From Peptococcaceae bacterium UBA5752 (GTDB lineage Bacteria; Bacillota; Dehalobacteriia; UBA4068), in contig DIFI01000017.1 in the NCBI GenBank assembly GCA_002419055.1, positions 41,160 through 105,159 on the forward strand: a DNA stretch of 64,000 nucleotides, read 5' to 3'. Below the pieces are notes generated by a model. That model was given only the letters and a program-made list of their open reading frames with translations. It was not told the DNA's origin and did no database searches. Below are positions 1 through 10,110 of the stretch, piece after piece; the first letter of the stretch is position 1, and each line of letters opens with the position of its first letter. The position numbers were made by a program, and so were the translations under genes.

Positions 1-398
1 TTGCCGTTAGAATCGACAAGATTTCCGCTAGCATCAAAAGATAAGCTGCCAACCCTAGTGTAGTTTACATTTCCTCCCGCATCCTTTATAACCAGATACC
101 CCTCGCCGGAAATATAGAGGTCCATCGCTTTTTCTGTCTGGCTGTAACCGCCACGGATATTGCTCAAAGATATAGTGGCAACAGTAGTACCGCAGCCTAT
201 CTGCTTGGCATTGACGCCGCCGGTAGTCGTGGAAGGAGCCGTCGCCGCCGAAAGTGTCTGATAATAAACGTCAGTAAAAAGCACGCTGCTTGATTTAAAA
301 CCCGCCGTATTAACATTGGCGACATTATTAGCTATAACATCCAACATGGTTTGATGGCTACGTAGTCCTGTTACCCCGGAAAACATTGATTTTAACAT
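1..398 (-). CDS. flgE: flagellar hook protein FlgE, N-terminal part (gene continues beyond window start)
   Basis: Minus-strand translation from ATG at 396-398 gives MLKSMFSGVTGLRSHQTMLDVIANNVANVNTAGFK..., the conserved N-terminus of flagellar hook/rod family proteins; RBS AAGGAGG 9 nt upstream; lies downstream of flgD as in Firmicute fla operons. Confidence 0.85.
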   Translation of the reverse strand, partial: MLKSMFSGVTGLRSHQTMLDVIANNVANVNTAGFKSSSVLFTDVYYQTLSAATAPSTTTGGVNAKQIGCGTTVATISLSNIRGGYSQTEKAMDLYISGEGYLVIKDAGGNVNYTRVGSLSFDASGNLVDSNG

Positions 399-483
399 AA
401 TTTTTTGCCTCCTTTTTTTATTGCGCTGCTGTTTGTACTTTTCTAGTCGTTAAAAAGCACTAAGCTTCCTTAAGAAGGTCCAG

Positions 484-885
484 CTATATAATCACAGCGC
501 CGTCGATCTGGGTAAAAATATTCTCTTTCATATCATCACTGTTCATGGCAGTAATTACGGTATTGTTGCTAATATTGACTATAAACGCACCTTTGCCGGT
601 CAGAATCAGTGTATTATCAACGCCCTTTTGCTCTGCTTTTTTTATGGCGTCGCTCAGTTTTTCCAAATCATCCGTAGATAGCTCTATATCCCTTTGTTCC
701 AATCTCTGCACGGCATGTTTGGAAAAGTTAAGCTCACTTGTCTGTAACTTTTGCTGAAATATTTCGGCAAAGGACTGCTGCGGCTGCCTGATGCTCTCAT
801 TTACCGTTTCTTTTTGTTGCTGTTCCCCAACGGTTTTAGAGCTCAGTATAGATCCGTATTTCATTAAGGAATCTTCAATACGCAT
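484..885 (-). CDS. small flagellar operon protein (TIGR02530-like, typically between flgD and flgE)
   Basis: 133-aa ORF with AAGGAG RBS overlapping flgD stop; position between flgD and flgE matches the Firmicute 'flagellar operon protein' family; assignment by context. Confidence 0.5.
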   Translation of the reverse strand: MRIEDSLMKYGSILSSKTVGEQQQKETVNESIRQPQQSFAEIFQQKLQTSELNFSKHAVQRLEQRDIELSTDDLEKLSDAIKKAEQKGVDNTLILTGKGAFIVNISNNTVITAMNSDDMKENIFTQIDGAVII

Positions 886-895
886 GTCTTTCTCC

Positions 896-1309
896 TTAAA
901 CCTCCGGGTTTGTTACCAGCACAATATCACTGGCCGCATACATTGACCCGTCTATCTCTACATATGGAATATTGTCCTGCAGCCAAACATTGGCTACTGT
1001 ACCGGACGCGGTAGAAGTTATTCCGCTATCACTGATACTGTAAACCGTAACATTTTTTCCGAGCAGCGAGACTGCATAAGACAGCTGGCTGGTGCTGGCC
1101 ATCTCCTGCATCTGCGATAACGTACTGAACTGCGCCATCTGACTAATAAACTCGGTGTTATCTATAGGATCAAGCATATTTTGGTTTTGCAGCTGAGCTA
1201 CTAAAAGCTCAAAAAAGTCTGTCATGGACAAAGTGGAATTATCGCTTGATGTCGTTACGGTGCTTGATGATGAAGTTGTACTGTAAACGCTGTTTGTATC
1301 AATACTCAT
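896..1309 (-). CDS. flgD: flagellar hook capping/assembly protein FlgD
   Basis: 137 aa, Ser/Thr-rich N-terminus then FlgD-like core (DFFELLVAQLQNQNMLDPID...), AAGGGG RBS, position after fliK. Confidence 0.8.
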   Translation of the reverse strand: MSIDTNSVYSTTSSSSTVTTSSDNSTLSMTDFFELLVAQLQNQNMLDPIDNTEFISQMAQFSTLSQMQEMASTSQLSYAVSLLGKNVTVYSISDSGITSTASGTVANVWLQDNIPYVEIDGSMYAASDIVLVTNPEV

Positions 1310-1330
1310 ATAAACAACCCCTTAAAGTTT

Positions 1331-2838
1331 TTATGCCCAAATACTCAGTTGCCCGTTATAAATATACGCTACTTGGGTAGTATCTTGATCGTTAACGATG
1401 TCTTCATCGTAATAGCGGTAAGCCGCACGATCTTGACTTTGCCGGCTTTGCCCGTCATTTGCGTTCCTTTCGAAGAAGGCATAAGTATCGTTGGCATTTG
1501 CGCTGGTTTCTTCTTTGACGCTGATATTCAGTACCCGTACTTCGTAATTCTTTGTAACAAGGGCTGCTTTCAATTGCTCCGATTGGCTTTCCAGAAGCTT
1601 TTGAGTGAGCGGATTATCCGTTGTAATCACCAGTTTTATTTGAGAATCATGGCATTCCAGCGTAACTTGTACCTCGCCCAAGCCTTCCGGATAAAGACTG
1701 AGCTTAAAAGTTCCGGTACCGTCCTCTTTTAAATTCTCCGCTATTTTGTCCGTTATCTGCGCAAAAGCCGGAGCTGCATCGGTAACCGGCACAGAGGTAT
1801 CGGATACCTGTTCAACAGATGCATCTACTTTCATTAAATTAAAATCTGTTACTAGCTTTGTAAAGTCGACCTGTTTTTCGCCTGCATCGGTAGCCGTATC
1901 CTCATCGGCTGAATTTGTTGCTGTTACAGTAGCTTCTGGCTGCGAATCACCGCCTAATAAGCTGCTATTTGTATCAGTTTGGGCCCCTGTATGTTTTGTT
2001 ACTTCTGGTTGCTGTACCGATAGCATGGCTGCGGCGTCTGATAACGTATTAACGGTATTTTCCGAGGCAGCTGCCGTTTTTTGCTCTGCTCCAACGCTTA
2101 GATCGGATATAGCCGCTGATACTTCATAACCGGAATTAAGCTGTTTCAACTGGCAATAAACGATGTTTGCGTCAAAATCACTCGCCACTACCTTGACGCT
2201 TTCCCGCGACACATTCGATATTTCGGTCAAAAATTGATTGTTACTGGTTTTGGTTTTTTCTCCGGCATCTGCTAGCTGTATTTCTTGATTAGATACTTCC
2301 GCATCCAAAACCGTATATACTGACAGATCGGCAGCAGAAGATGACGGCAGTTGGTAAGTTAAATCAGTTTCGCTTACAGTATCCGAAACAGCTTGTCCCA
2401 GAACAACCGGCGTATGGGTTTCAACAATAGAAATTGTACCCTGGTCTAATGCTTCAATACAATCCGTACTGTTGCTAGCCCCTGTTGTGTCAGACATAAT
2501 TGCAGCCGCCGCTACAGTATTTAAAGACGCCGCCAATGCTTGGATGTTGGCATTGTTATACTGCGGCTGGGGATTTGCAGTCATTAGCGGTGATTGCACT
2601 ATATCGCTAATGGCGTTTTTCTTTTCTTCTTCCGTCTGCGCTCCCAACTCGGATTCAGTGGTATTAAGAAGCTCCGCTTGCGCTACCGTAAACTCAGCTG
2701 TACTCCCCGACTCATTTTGCTGTTCAGGACTAATTATGCTTTGCATCAAAGGCCAAAAACCATCACTATCTAATGCCGCAGCCGCCTGCATACCATCTGT
2801 TAGCGGTAAAAAATTGTTATTATTAATAGCCGTTATCA
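1331..2838 (-). CDS. fliK: flagellar hook-length control protein FliK
   Basis: ~500 aa, low-complexity Ala/Thr/Ser-rich protein with conserved C-terminal Flg_hook-like region (EGLGEVQVTLECHDSQIKLVITTDNPLTQKLLESQSEQLKAAL); start moved to internal ATG (MITAINN) preceded by AAAGGAGGTG. Confidence 0.75.
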
Positions 2839-2875
2839 TTTTTTCACCTCCTTTCAATATGCTATTTGATGATAA

Positions 2876-3325
2876 TTAACTGCTAAATTTTAAATGATTG
2901 GTGTTAGCAACAAAATCGTCAATAAACAGCTCTGTTTCTTTTCTTTGCTGTTCGCGGTAAGTAACTTGATATTTCTGCTTTAGCTTTTCCATGACGGTTT
3001 TGTCTTGGGAAATCTTGATTATCTTTATGATCTGATTATCGATCTGAAGTTCTGCTTTTTTAATTTTTTCTTGCTGCAGCTCCATACGGCCAATCAGGTC
3101 CGACAGATAGGATTTAAAGACCATCACTTCACAGACCGCGACCCCAATCTTAAACATTTGCTCGTTTTTTAACTGCAGTCTTTTATATTCGTTTTTCATA
3201 TCGATCATTTCCGAACAGAACCTATTGTAAAGGGAATGCATCTGCTCTAAAATGGCTTTTTCGTTTTCTTCCATATGCGATTTGTATTCAAGTATCTTCT
3301 GCATGGAAAATTTAAATTGTTTCAT
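2876..3325 (-). CDS. fliJ: flagellar export chaperone FliJ
   Basis: 149-aa coiled-coil-type protein (MKQFKFSMQKILEYKSHMEENE...) immediately downstream of fliI; GGAGG RBS. Confidence 0.6.
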   Translation of the reverse strand: MKQFKFSMQKILEYKSHMEENEKAILEQMHSLYNRFCSEMIDMKNEYKRLQLKNEQMFKIGVAVCEVMVFKSYLSDLIGRMELQQEKIKKAELQIDNQIIKIIKISQDKTVMEKLKQKYQVTYREQQRKETELFIDDFVANTNHLKFSS

Positions 3326-3336
3326 ATTTCCTCCGA

Positions 3337-4641
3337 TTAGCCGACGATACCGTGCAATAGTCCGATCGTTGCTTCATAGTCAAAACTCTGTTCAATACGC
3401 TGCTGCAAAAACTCATTGATATGATCGATAATACTGACCGCGTAATCCAGTTCCGGATTGGTTCCGGCTTTATAAGCACCGATGCTGATCAGATCGAAGC
3501 TCTCATAATACACGGAAAGTATCCTTCTCACTTTAGAGGCAATACTCATATGCTCAACGTCAACAATTTCATTCATCAGCCTGCTGATGCTGGCCAAAAT
3601 ATCGATGGCCGGATAATGGTTGCGCATTGCTATCTGCCGGGAAAGTACGATATGACCGTCTATTATGCCCCGTACGGTATCCGATATCGGTTCATCGGTA
3701 TCGTCTCCTTCCACCAGAACAGTGTAAATGCCGGTAATAGAACCTTCCGTAAAATTCCCCGACCGTTCCAAAAGCTTGGGGAGCATCGAATAAATTGAGG
3801 GGGTGTAACCCCTTGCGACTGGGGGCTCGCCGATTGCCAATCCTATTTCTCTTTGCGCCATAGCAAAACGGGTAAGTGAATCCATAATCAAAAACACATG
3901 CTTGCCCTGATTTTTGAAATACTCGGCGATAGTAGTGGCGGTAAATGCGCATTTCAAGCGCATCATCGCCGGCTGATCGGAGGTGGCGACAACAAGCACC
4001 GACCTTTTCATGCCTTCTTCGCCCAGATCTTTTTCTATAAAGTCCCTGACTTCTCTGCCACGTTCACCTACCAAAGCGATCACATTAACATCGGATTCGA
4101 TGTTTCTGGCGATCATGCCCATTAAAGTGCTTTTGCCTACGCCGCTGCCGGAGAAGATTCCCATCCTCTGTCCCCGACCACAGGTTAAAAGGCTATCGAT
4201 GGCCTTGACACCGAAATTTATCTTTGTATCTATACGGGGGCGGGAAAGAGGATTAGAGGGCGTATTGGAAACGCAATAGCTGGCCATACCGGTAAAATTG
4301 TCACCATCGTCAATCGGTAATCCAAAGCCGTCAAGAATTCTGCCGATAAGTCTATCGCCAACGGGGACCTTTAAAACATCCCCGGTCGATTCTACCATGC
4401 TGCCCGGACCGATGCCGCTGATGTCTTCAAACGGCATCAGCAGTACCTTGCTTCCCTTAAATCCGACTACTTCCGCCCGGATGATCTTGTTATCCTTGGT
4501 GGAATAAATATTGCATACGTCGCCGATATTGGAGACCGGACCGGAAGCTTCTATGACAAGACCGATAATCTGATCGACCTTGCCGTTATGTACAATGGTA
4601 TTGGCGTTACGTACTGCCTGTTGGTAAATTTTAAAATTCAA
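3337..4641 (-). CDS. fliI: flagellum-specific ATPase FliI
   Basis: 434 aa; Walker A GSGVGKSTL, Walker B region VFLIMDSLTRFAMAQREI; F1/T3SS ATPase family; TTG start with GGAG RBS. Confidence 0.95.
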   Translation of the reverse strand: MNFKIYQQAVRNANTIVHNGKVDQIIGLVIEASGPVSNIGDVCNIYSTKDNKIIRAEVVGFKGSKVLLMPFEDISGIGPGSMVESTGDVLKVPVGDRLIGRILDGFGLPIDDGDNFTGMASYCVSNTPSNPLSRPRIDTKINFGVKAIDSLLTCGRGQRMGIFSGSGVGKSTLMGMIARNIESDVNVIALVGERGREVRDFIEKDLGEEGMKRSVLVVATSDQPAMMRLKCAFTATTIAEYFKNQGKHVFLIMDSLTRFAMAQREIGLAIGEPPVARGYTPSIYSMLPKLLERSGNFTEGSITGIYTVLVEGDDTDEPISDTVRGIIDGHIVLSRQIAMRNHYPAIDILASISRLMNEIVDVEHMSIASKVRRILSVYYESFDLISIGAYKAGTNPELDYAVSIIDHINEFLQQRIEQSFDYEATIGLLHGIVG

Positions 4642-4710
4642 TTACTTATCTCCGATCTTCAATTTTTGCAAATCCAGAATACACTAAAAATAAGTATTGA
4701 ATTGTAAGCA

Positions 4711-5451
4711 TTAAGCTGTAATCTCTGCATTGATAAGAGTCTCTTTTAGTTTTTGCAGCTGCTTACGCACACTGACATCAATAATATTTTGCGGCGTCTC
4801 GACGATACAAGTGCCGCGTGGCGCGTCTTCAAGCACCGTGATACTAATATCCGTTGCTCCTTTGGCCAACTCCAAGAATGCATCTACATTTGTCATTGCT
4901 AATTCGGATTCATACTCCGAAACAGAGACTTTAACCCACTCCAGCTTTTTGTAATCCTTGACTGCACTTTTAAAGATATTCAAGAAGAGGCTATCATCCT
5001 TCTCGAGATTTTTATCAATCACTTTTTTGGCGATTACTAATATCAATTCTTTAAGCTCATCTTCGTAATCACAAAAAATTTCTTCTCTTTTTCCTTCGAT
5101 TGTATCTATCAGCTGCCTAAGCTCATTATAGCCCTTCTTGATACTTGCTTCGGCTTCCGCTTTGCCTTGACGCAGTCCGTCTTCATATCCTGTTTTTTTC
5201 GCCAGTTCAAATACTTCTCGAGCTTTTTTATTGCCGTCTATCAGTATGTCATTGGCACAAGCGACGGCATTTTGAATAAGCTGTTGAGCCTTGAGTTTTG
5301 CTTGATACAAGATATCTTCCTTTTTTCCCAACGCTTCGTCATATGGCATAGACTTGATATTTGAATAAGATTCTTCGTTCTTTTTGATGCAATCCAGAAT
5401 GAAGCAATAGTTTTCAACAATTATATCGTTGTCTTTAAATATATTAGACAA
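4711..5451 (-). CDS. fliH: flagellar assembly protein FliH
   Basis: 246-aa charged/coiled-coil protein between fliG and fliI; TTG start overlapping fliG stop (TTGTCTAA). Confidence 0.7.
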   Translation of the reverse strand: MSNIFKDNDIIVENYCFILDCIKKNEESYSNIKSMPYDEALGKKEDILYQAKLKAQQLIQNAVACANDILIDGNKKAREVFELAKKTGYEDGLRQGKAEAEASIKKGYNELRQLIDTIEGKREEIFCDYEDELKELILVIAKKVIDKNLEKDDSLFLNIFKSAVKDYKKLEWVKVSVSEYESELAMTNVDAFLELAKGATDISITVLEDAPRGTCIVETPQNIIDVSVRKQLQKLKETLINAEITA

Positions 5452-6442
5452 TTAGCTCATCCTTTCGGCCTCTGGATACATAGATCTGTCCGGAATCTTC
5501 CAGCTTTCTTACTATACCTACCAGCTTTTGCTGTGCTTCCTCTACCTCGCTCATTTTTACGCCCCGCATATACTGTGCTTCTTCTTGCATCATCTCCGCC
5601 ATGCGGGTTGACATGTTGGCAAAGAAAATATCGGATATATCCTTGCTTGCGCCCTTTAAGGCCACCAACAGATCCTTGGTATCTGCCTCCCGCAGAAAGG
5701 TTTGGATTGCAATATCGTCAAGAGTGACAATATCTTCGAAGATAAACATCCGCTTTCTGATTTCTTCGGCCAGGGATGGTTCTTTTTTGCTTAACTCTTC
5801 CATGATGAATTTTTCCGTCCCTCTGTCGACCTCGTTCAATATATTGGAGATATGTGATACCCCATCAATCTCAGCCATACCTATGGACATACTGGAAGAA
5901 AATTTCTTTTCCAGGGCTCTTTCCACTTCTTTTACAATCTCTGGTGATGTCCGGTCCATTGTCGCAATCCGCTCCACCACTTCCAGCTCAATATCCCCCG
6001 GCAGCTCGGCAATGATTGATGAAGCCTGATCCGGCCTTAAAAATGTGAGTATGAGGGCGATAGTCTGCGGATGCTCAGTTTGCAGGAATGAAAGCAATTG
6101 TTTGGGATCGGCTTTTTTGAGAAAATCGAAAGCCCTGGTCTTCATCGTTTTAGTTATTTTTTCTATTAGCGTACTGGCGTTTTGGATACCGAATGCTTTA
6201 TTTAATATCTCTTTGGCATAATCTATGCCGCCTTCGGTAAAGTACTTTTGAGCCAAACAGAGATTGTAAAACTCTTCCATGATGCCTTCCATAGATTCCG
6301 CACTTAATTCCTTGATCGTGGCAATCTCCATGGTAAGCTGCTCAACTTCCTCTTCGCGCAAAAATTTATAAATATTGGAGGCATGATCAGTACCCAGGGC
6401 AATGATCACAGCCGCTGCTTTTCTTTTAGTCGATAAACTCAT
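5444..6442 (-). CDS. fliG: flagellar motor switch protein FliG
   Basis: 332 aa; N-terminus LSTKRKAAAVIIALG and overall FliG architecture; overlaps fliF stop by 4 nt. Confidence 0.9.
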   Translation of the reverse strand: MSLSTKRKAAAVIIALGTDHASNIYKFLREEEVEQLTMEIATIKELSAESMEGIMEEFYNLCLAQKYFTEGGIDYAKEILNKAFGIQNASTLIEKITKTMKTRAFDFLKKADPKQLLSFLQTEHPQTIALILTFLRPDQASSIIAELPGDIELEVVERIATMDRTSPEIVKEVERALEKKFSSSMSIGMAEIDGVSHISNILNEVDRGTEKFIMEELSKKEPSLAEEIRKRMFIFEDIVTLDDIAIQTFLREADTKDLLVALKGASKDISDIFFANMSTRMAEMMQEEAQYMRGVKMSEVEEAQQKLVGIVRKLEDSGQIYVSRGRKDELIV

Positions 6443-8022
6443 TTTTCCTCATCCTCTTTTAACCAGGTTCTAATCAGTTGAGCAACTATATCGGGGCTGT
6501 TGGAGGAGAAATCTTTGATTTGTTTTTTCAAGTTCTGCTCTCTTGTTTCGTTCAAAACAATTTCTTGTGGCATGGGCAAAACATCCTGCTTCTCTGTTGT
6601 GACGGCTTCCGTCTTTTTGTTCCAAAATTCCCCCACGGCGGCTTTATCGTCTTTGGATTTCTTTTTAGATTTCTTTTTCAAGAACACAAATAAGCATAAA
6701 GCTATGACTATTAAGGCTACTGCTATGCCGATAATCATATATAAGTTGTCAATAATAAAGACATTAACACCTGTAGTTCTCTCCTGATTTGCGGATTGAG
6801 TATCCGTAATAAAATCAACATTGGTTATCGCCACCTTATCTATAGTAACGCCGGCGGCATTAGCTATCATTTGCTTATAATCATTAATCTCTGATGGTGT
6901 CAGGCTTTCGTCTCCGATCAATACTGATATTGTAGTATCCTTAATATCATATCCATCCCGCTGGGTCTGCTCAACAAGTTGGTTATTCAAATAATTGACA
7001 CTGCTGGATTCGCTGAAATTGCCGGTACTGTCTGTGCCGGTTACACTCGGGTAGGTAGTGACACCGGTATTTGAACTCGTCCCCGTAACTCCTCCGCTGC
7101 CGCCACCATTTGATGAACTGACACTTTCTTTAGACGAATCCTGAGTAACAACAAGACCACTATTATCTGTTACAGGTGAATAAGTCGTCGATTCACTTAC
7201 TTTTTTATTTATATCCACCATGGTATTAACTACTACACGCAACCGATCGGCTCCAAAAACCGGTTCAAGAAGCTTTGTGATATTGTTCTGGATAGTTGAG
7301 CTGATAGACTTTTCCAGCTCAAGCCGATTATATGCACTAACTTGGCTTTCATCATTATCGTTGAGCATTTCTCCTGTAGTGCTGACGATCGCGATATTTT
7401 CATCATCTAAACCGTTAACGCTTTTACAAACAAGCGCTTCAATACCATTGACCTGTTTTGCATCCAACTCTACAGATGAACCAATATCCAAAACAATCGC
7501 GGCTGTAGCGGCTTTTTTATCTTCCTCCAGCACAAACGAATCTTCTGCCGGCATGCTGATAGTAACAATGGCATCATCAATACCATTAATCGTTTTAATC
7601 GCTGCCTGCAGTCGATCTTGCAGCTGAAAGAGTAAGTATTGCTTTTTTTCGTAATCGGTCGTCATATAGCCGGAGTTGCTGCTGAAAATATCATAATTGA
7701 GCGTACTTTGCGGGTAGCCTTCCGAGGCAAGTGTCATTTGCAACTCCGCTTCCTGCTCTTGGGGTACCATAATAGTTCCGTTTTCCCCGGTTTTGAAATC
7801 GATGTTCATATCGCTGAGCACTGATGCTATCTTTCCAAGTTCTTCTGATGAAAGTCCGCTATATAAAGTCACATATCCGACACTATTTGCGACTAGTGTA
7901 AGTACTATAGCAATAGCAACCGCAGCAGCTACCGATACGATAATGATTTTCTTCTTTTTAGCGCTTTGTGCTTTCCAAAATTGCGTTATCTGCTGTACAA
8001 CTTGTTTGGTTGTCAATTTCAT
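6439..8022 (-). CDS. fliF: flagellar MS-ring protein FliF
   Basis: 527 aa; N-terminal TM (IIIVSVAAAVAIAIVLTL), large periplasmic region, C-terminal TM (IGIAVALIVIALCLFVFL) then charged tail; typical FliF. Confidence 0.9.
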   Translation of the reverse strand: MKLTTKQVVQQITQFWKAQSAKKKKIIIVSVAAAVAIAIVLTLVANSVGYVTLYSGLSSEELGKIASVLSDMNIDFKTGENGTIMVPQEQEAELQMTLASEGYPQSTLNYDIFSSNSGYMTTDYEKKQYLLFQLQDRLQAAIKTINGIDDAIVTISMPAEDSFVLEEDKKAATAAIVLDIGSSVELDAKQVNGIEALVCKSVNGLDDENIAIVSTTGEMLNDNDESQVSAYNRLELEKSISSTIQNNITKLLEPVFGADRLRVVVNTMVDINKKVSESTTYSPVTDNSGLVVTQDSSKESVSSSNGGGSGGVTGTSSNTGVTTYPSVTGTDSTGNFSESSSVNYLNNQLVEQTQRDGYDIKDTTISVLIGDESLTPSEINDYKQMIANAAGVTIDKVAITNVDFITDTQSANQERTTGVNVFIIDNLYMIIGIAVALIVIALCLFVFLKKKSKKKSKDDKAAVGEFWNKKTEAVTTEKQDVLPMPQEIVLNETREQNLKKQIKDFSSNSPDIVAQLIRTWLKEDEEK

Positions 8023-8054
8023 CTTATATACCCAATTTTTTTTATTTTCTAATT

Positions 8055-8354
8055 CTAGACAGGCATGTTCATGATATTGTTATATGCTTCCAACGCTTTA
8101 TTTCTGACCTGAACAAGCATAGATACGGCCAGCCCCGCTTTGACGCTATCGATCATTACCGTATGCAGGTCGTCGGTCTGTCCCGTGGCGACCAACATTT
8201 CGTCCTGCTTAACTGTTTCTTCGGCCTGTTTTACATTTTCTAAAGCGTTATTAAAAATATCGGTAAATGAAACCGTGGAATTTTCTGACTTGGTCACAGT
8301 AGGTTGAATCTGTTCTATTATCGATTGGATATTACTGATTGTGCTTATTGACAT
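8055..8354 (-). CDS. fliE: flagellar hook-basal body protein FliE
   Basis: 99 aa, position between flgC and fliF, AGGAG RBS. Confidence 0.75.
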   Translation of the reverse strand: MSISTISNIQSIIEQIQPTVTKSENSTVSFTDIFNNALENVKQAEETVKQDEMLVATGQTDDLHTVMIDSVKAGLAVSMLVQVRNKALEAYNNIMNMPV

Positions 8355-8364
8355 AACGCTGCTC

Positions 8365-8802
8365 CTATCTGCCTATTTCCAAGGCTTTGGTGGCCATCAG
8401 CTTTACGGCATTGAATACGGTAACATTTGCTTGGTATGACCTGGTTGCCGACATCATATCAACCATTTCGTCTACCGTATCGACATTTGGCATCATCACA
8501 TATCCGCTTTCATCTGCATCGGGATGATCGGGATCGTAAACCGGTTTTAAATCGCTTTGGTCTTCAACAATGGCTGTCACCTCTACGCCGCCCAAGTTTT
8601 CGGCTTGCGCAAGAGAATCCAAAACACCGGAAAAAGGACTATTTGTTGCCTCTGAGAATACTACCATTTTTCTTCTGTATGTATCACCATTTTCAGTCCT
8701 GGTCGTAGAAGCATTGGCGATATTGGAGGAAATCACATCCATGCGCAGCTTTTGCGCCGTCAGAGCTGAACCGCTGATATTAAGCGAATCTAAAAATGAC
8801 AT
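8365..8802 (-). CDS. flgC: flagellar basal-body rod protein FlgC
   Basis: 145 aa; MSFLDSLNISGSALTAQKLRMDVISSNIANASTTRT... and C-terminal ...TRSYQANVTVFNAVKLMATKALEIGR are rod-protein signatures. Confidence 0.9.
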   Translation of the reverse strand: MSFLDSLNISGSALTAQKLRMDVISSNIANASTTRTENGDTYRRKMVVFSEATNSPFSGVLDSLAQAENLGGVEVTAIVEDQSDLKPVYDPDHPDADESGYVMMPNVDTVDEMVDMMSATRSYQANVTVFNAVKLMATKALEIGR

Positions 8803-8804
8803 AA

Positions 8805-9188
8805 TTAAGCACCTCCCTTGATAGCATATGAAATTCTTGATAATTCATCGGATATTAGTCTGGACATACATTGGTATTGCAGCTGAACTCGCGTCAGCTC
8901 AATATTTTGTTCGTCAATATCAACATTATTGCCATCTTCCCGCATCTGACTGGAATTGTCGCAGGTTACTTTTGGTTCTATTTCCTCCAGCTGTTTTTGA
9001 AATTCGACATCGGAGTTTGCACCATTTAAAGCAGAATACAAAATGTCTTCAAACTCAACACTCTTGCATTTATACTCGGGTGTATCAACGTTAGCGATAT
9101 TGTTAGAGATTACTTGCTGCCTCAACCACAAAGCATCAAGACTCTTTTGGGCAATCTGCAGGCTATTGGAATTTATTAGATTTTGCAT
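8805..9188 (-). CDS. flgB: flagellar basal-body rod protein FlgB
   Basis: Start set to internal ATG (MQNLINSNSLQIAQKSLDALWLRQQVISNNIANVDTPEY) which has AAAGGAG RBS 8 nt upstream; longer ORF-track start lacks an RBS. Confidence 0.85.
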   Translation of the reverse strand: MQNLINSNSLQIAQKSLDALWLRQQVISNNIANVDTPEYKCKSVEFEDILYSALNGANSDVEFQKQLEEIEPKVTCDNSSQMREDGNNVDIDEQNIELTRVQLQYQCMSRLISDELSRISYAIKGGA

Positions 9189-9275
9189 CAAAAATGCTCC
9201 TTTCAAAAATCTTATAAAAAAAGAGTGTTGTACTGAATAAAGCAAACGCAAATCTAAAAGTTCACGTTGTTTGCA

Positions 9276-9445
9276 ATGCATTCAGCCCACACTCTACAAA
9301 ATATTAAATCATCAGAAAATCAATGAATGTAATTAGTTATTTTGGGAGCTGGCTGCCATTTCAGAGGCCCTGTAGCTTTGCGTCGCCATCTTTCGATGGG
9401 TTTGCTATTATCTATAACTTTATGACTTTTTCTGACACTTTATAA
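9276..9445. repeat. intergenic repeat family, copy 1 (~170 bp)
   Basis: gcattcagcccacactctac...aatcaatgaatgta...ttattttgggagctggctgccatttcagaggccctgtagctttgcgtcgccatctttcgatgggtttgctattatctataactt...tctgacactt; recurs at 9446-9577 and 9706-9890. Confidence 0.8.
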
Positions 9446-9577
9446 TGAATGTAACTATAATGTGTAGTTATTTAGGGAGCTGGCTGCCATTTCGTAGGCC
9501 CTGTAGCTTTGCGTCACCATCTTTCGATGGGTTTGCTATTATCTATAACTTTTTAACTTTTTCTGACACTTTAAACT
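9446..9577. repeat. intergenic repeat family, copy 2 (near-identical to core of copy 1)
   Basis: atgaatgtaa...ttatttagggagctggctgccatttcgtaggccctgtagctttgcgtcaccatctttcgatgggtttgctattatctataactt...tctgacactt; ~95% identical to copy 1 over ~100 bp. Confidence 0.8.
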
Positions 9578-9705
9578 GTTAATGTTTCTGCAATAATTTG
9601 TCTCCTTTTATATTTTAAATAGTTTAATAAATAAAAAAACAGAGTATTTCACTTAAATAATCATGCATAACACGTATATACATAGATATACAATGACCTG
9701 CTATG

Positions 9706-9890
9706 CATTCAGCTCAATACTCTACTTAAAATATTTGATGTCGTCTGAAAATCAATGAAATTACTATAATATCGAGTAGTTATTTAGAAAGCTGGATGCC
9801 ATTTTACCATTTTACCATTTTACAGACCCAGTGGCTTTGAGCCGCCATCTTTCGATGACCTTGCCTTATCTAAAACTTACTTTTGATTTT
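9706..9890. repeat. intergenic repeat family, copy 3 (diverged, full-length)
   Basis: atgcattcagctcaatactctac...gaaaatcaatgaa...tagttatttagaaagctggatgccatttt(accatttt x2)acagacccagtggctttgagccgccatctttcgatgaccttgcc; shares start, middle and CCATCTTTCGATG core with copies 1-2. Confidence 0.7.
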
Positions 9891-9993
9891 ATTCTTATGA
9901 TTCTTACTACGACGAATTTTTAGAATGTTTCTATATTTTGCATCAACTGTATAAATTTGTCAATACTATTTTTGTATTTTTTATCATTATTTA

Positions 9994-10020
9994 TAACTTT
10001 ATGTATAATTTTGTCGATAT
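9994..10020 (+). promoter_or_regulatory. putative sigma-28 (FliA/SigD)-type promoter, distal, upstream of fliD
   Basis: TAAC-N15-GTCGATAT versus consensus TAAA-N15-GCCGATAT; late flagellar gene context. Confidence 0.35.
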
Positions 10021-10110
10021 ATTTATTGAATATTACCATTTTTTATTCTTTAACCAATATTAATTATGATTATTAATTAATATTTGCCGTAATAAATAAT
10101 TGTTTTTAGC

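Noticed and set aside
1349-2129. Plus-strand ORFs (127 aa each) inside the fliK region
   Set aside because: Antisense to a well-supported flagellar gene with RBS and conserved domain; the low-complexity sequence of fliK generates open frames on the opposite strand.
8805-9281. Long (158-aa) version of flgB starting at 9281
   Set aside because: The extra 30 N-terminal residues are not FlgB-like and lack an RBS; the internal ATG at 9188 has a perfect AAAGGAG RBS.
9276-9890. Possible CRISPR array in the flgB-fliD intergenic region
   Set aside because: Repeat units are 130-180 bp, imperfect, with only three copies and no uniform short spacers; no cas genes.
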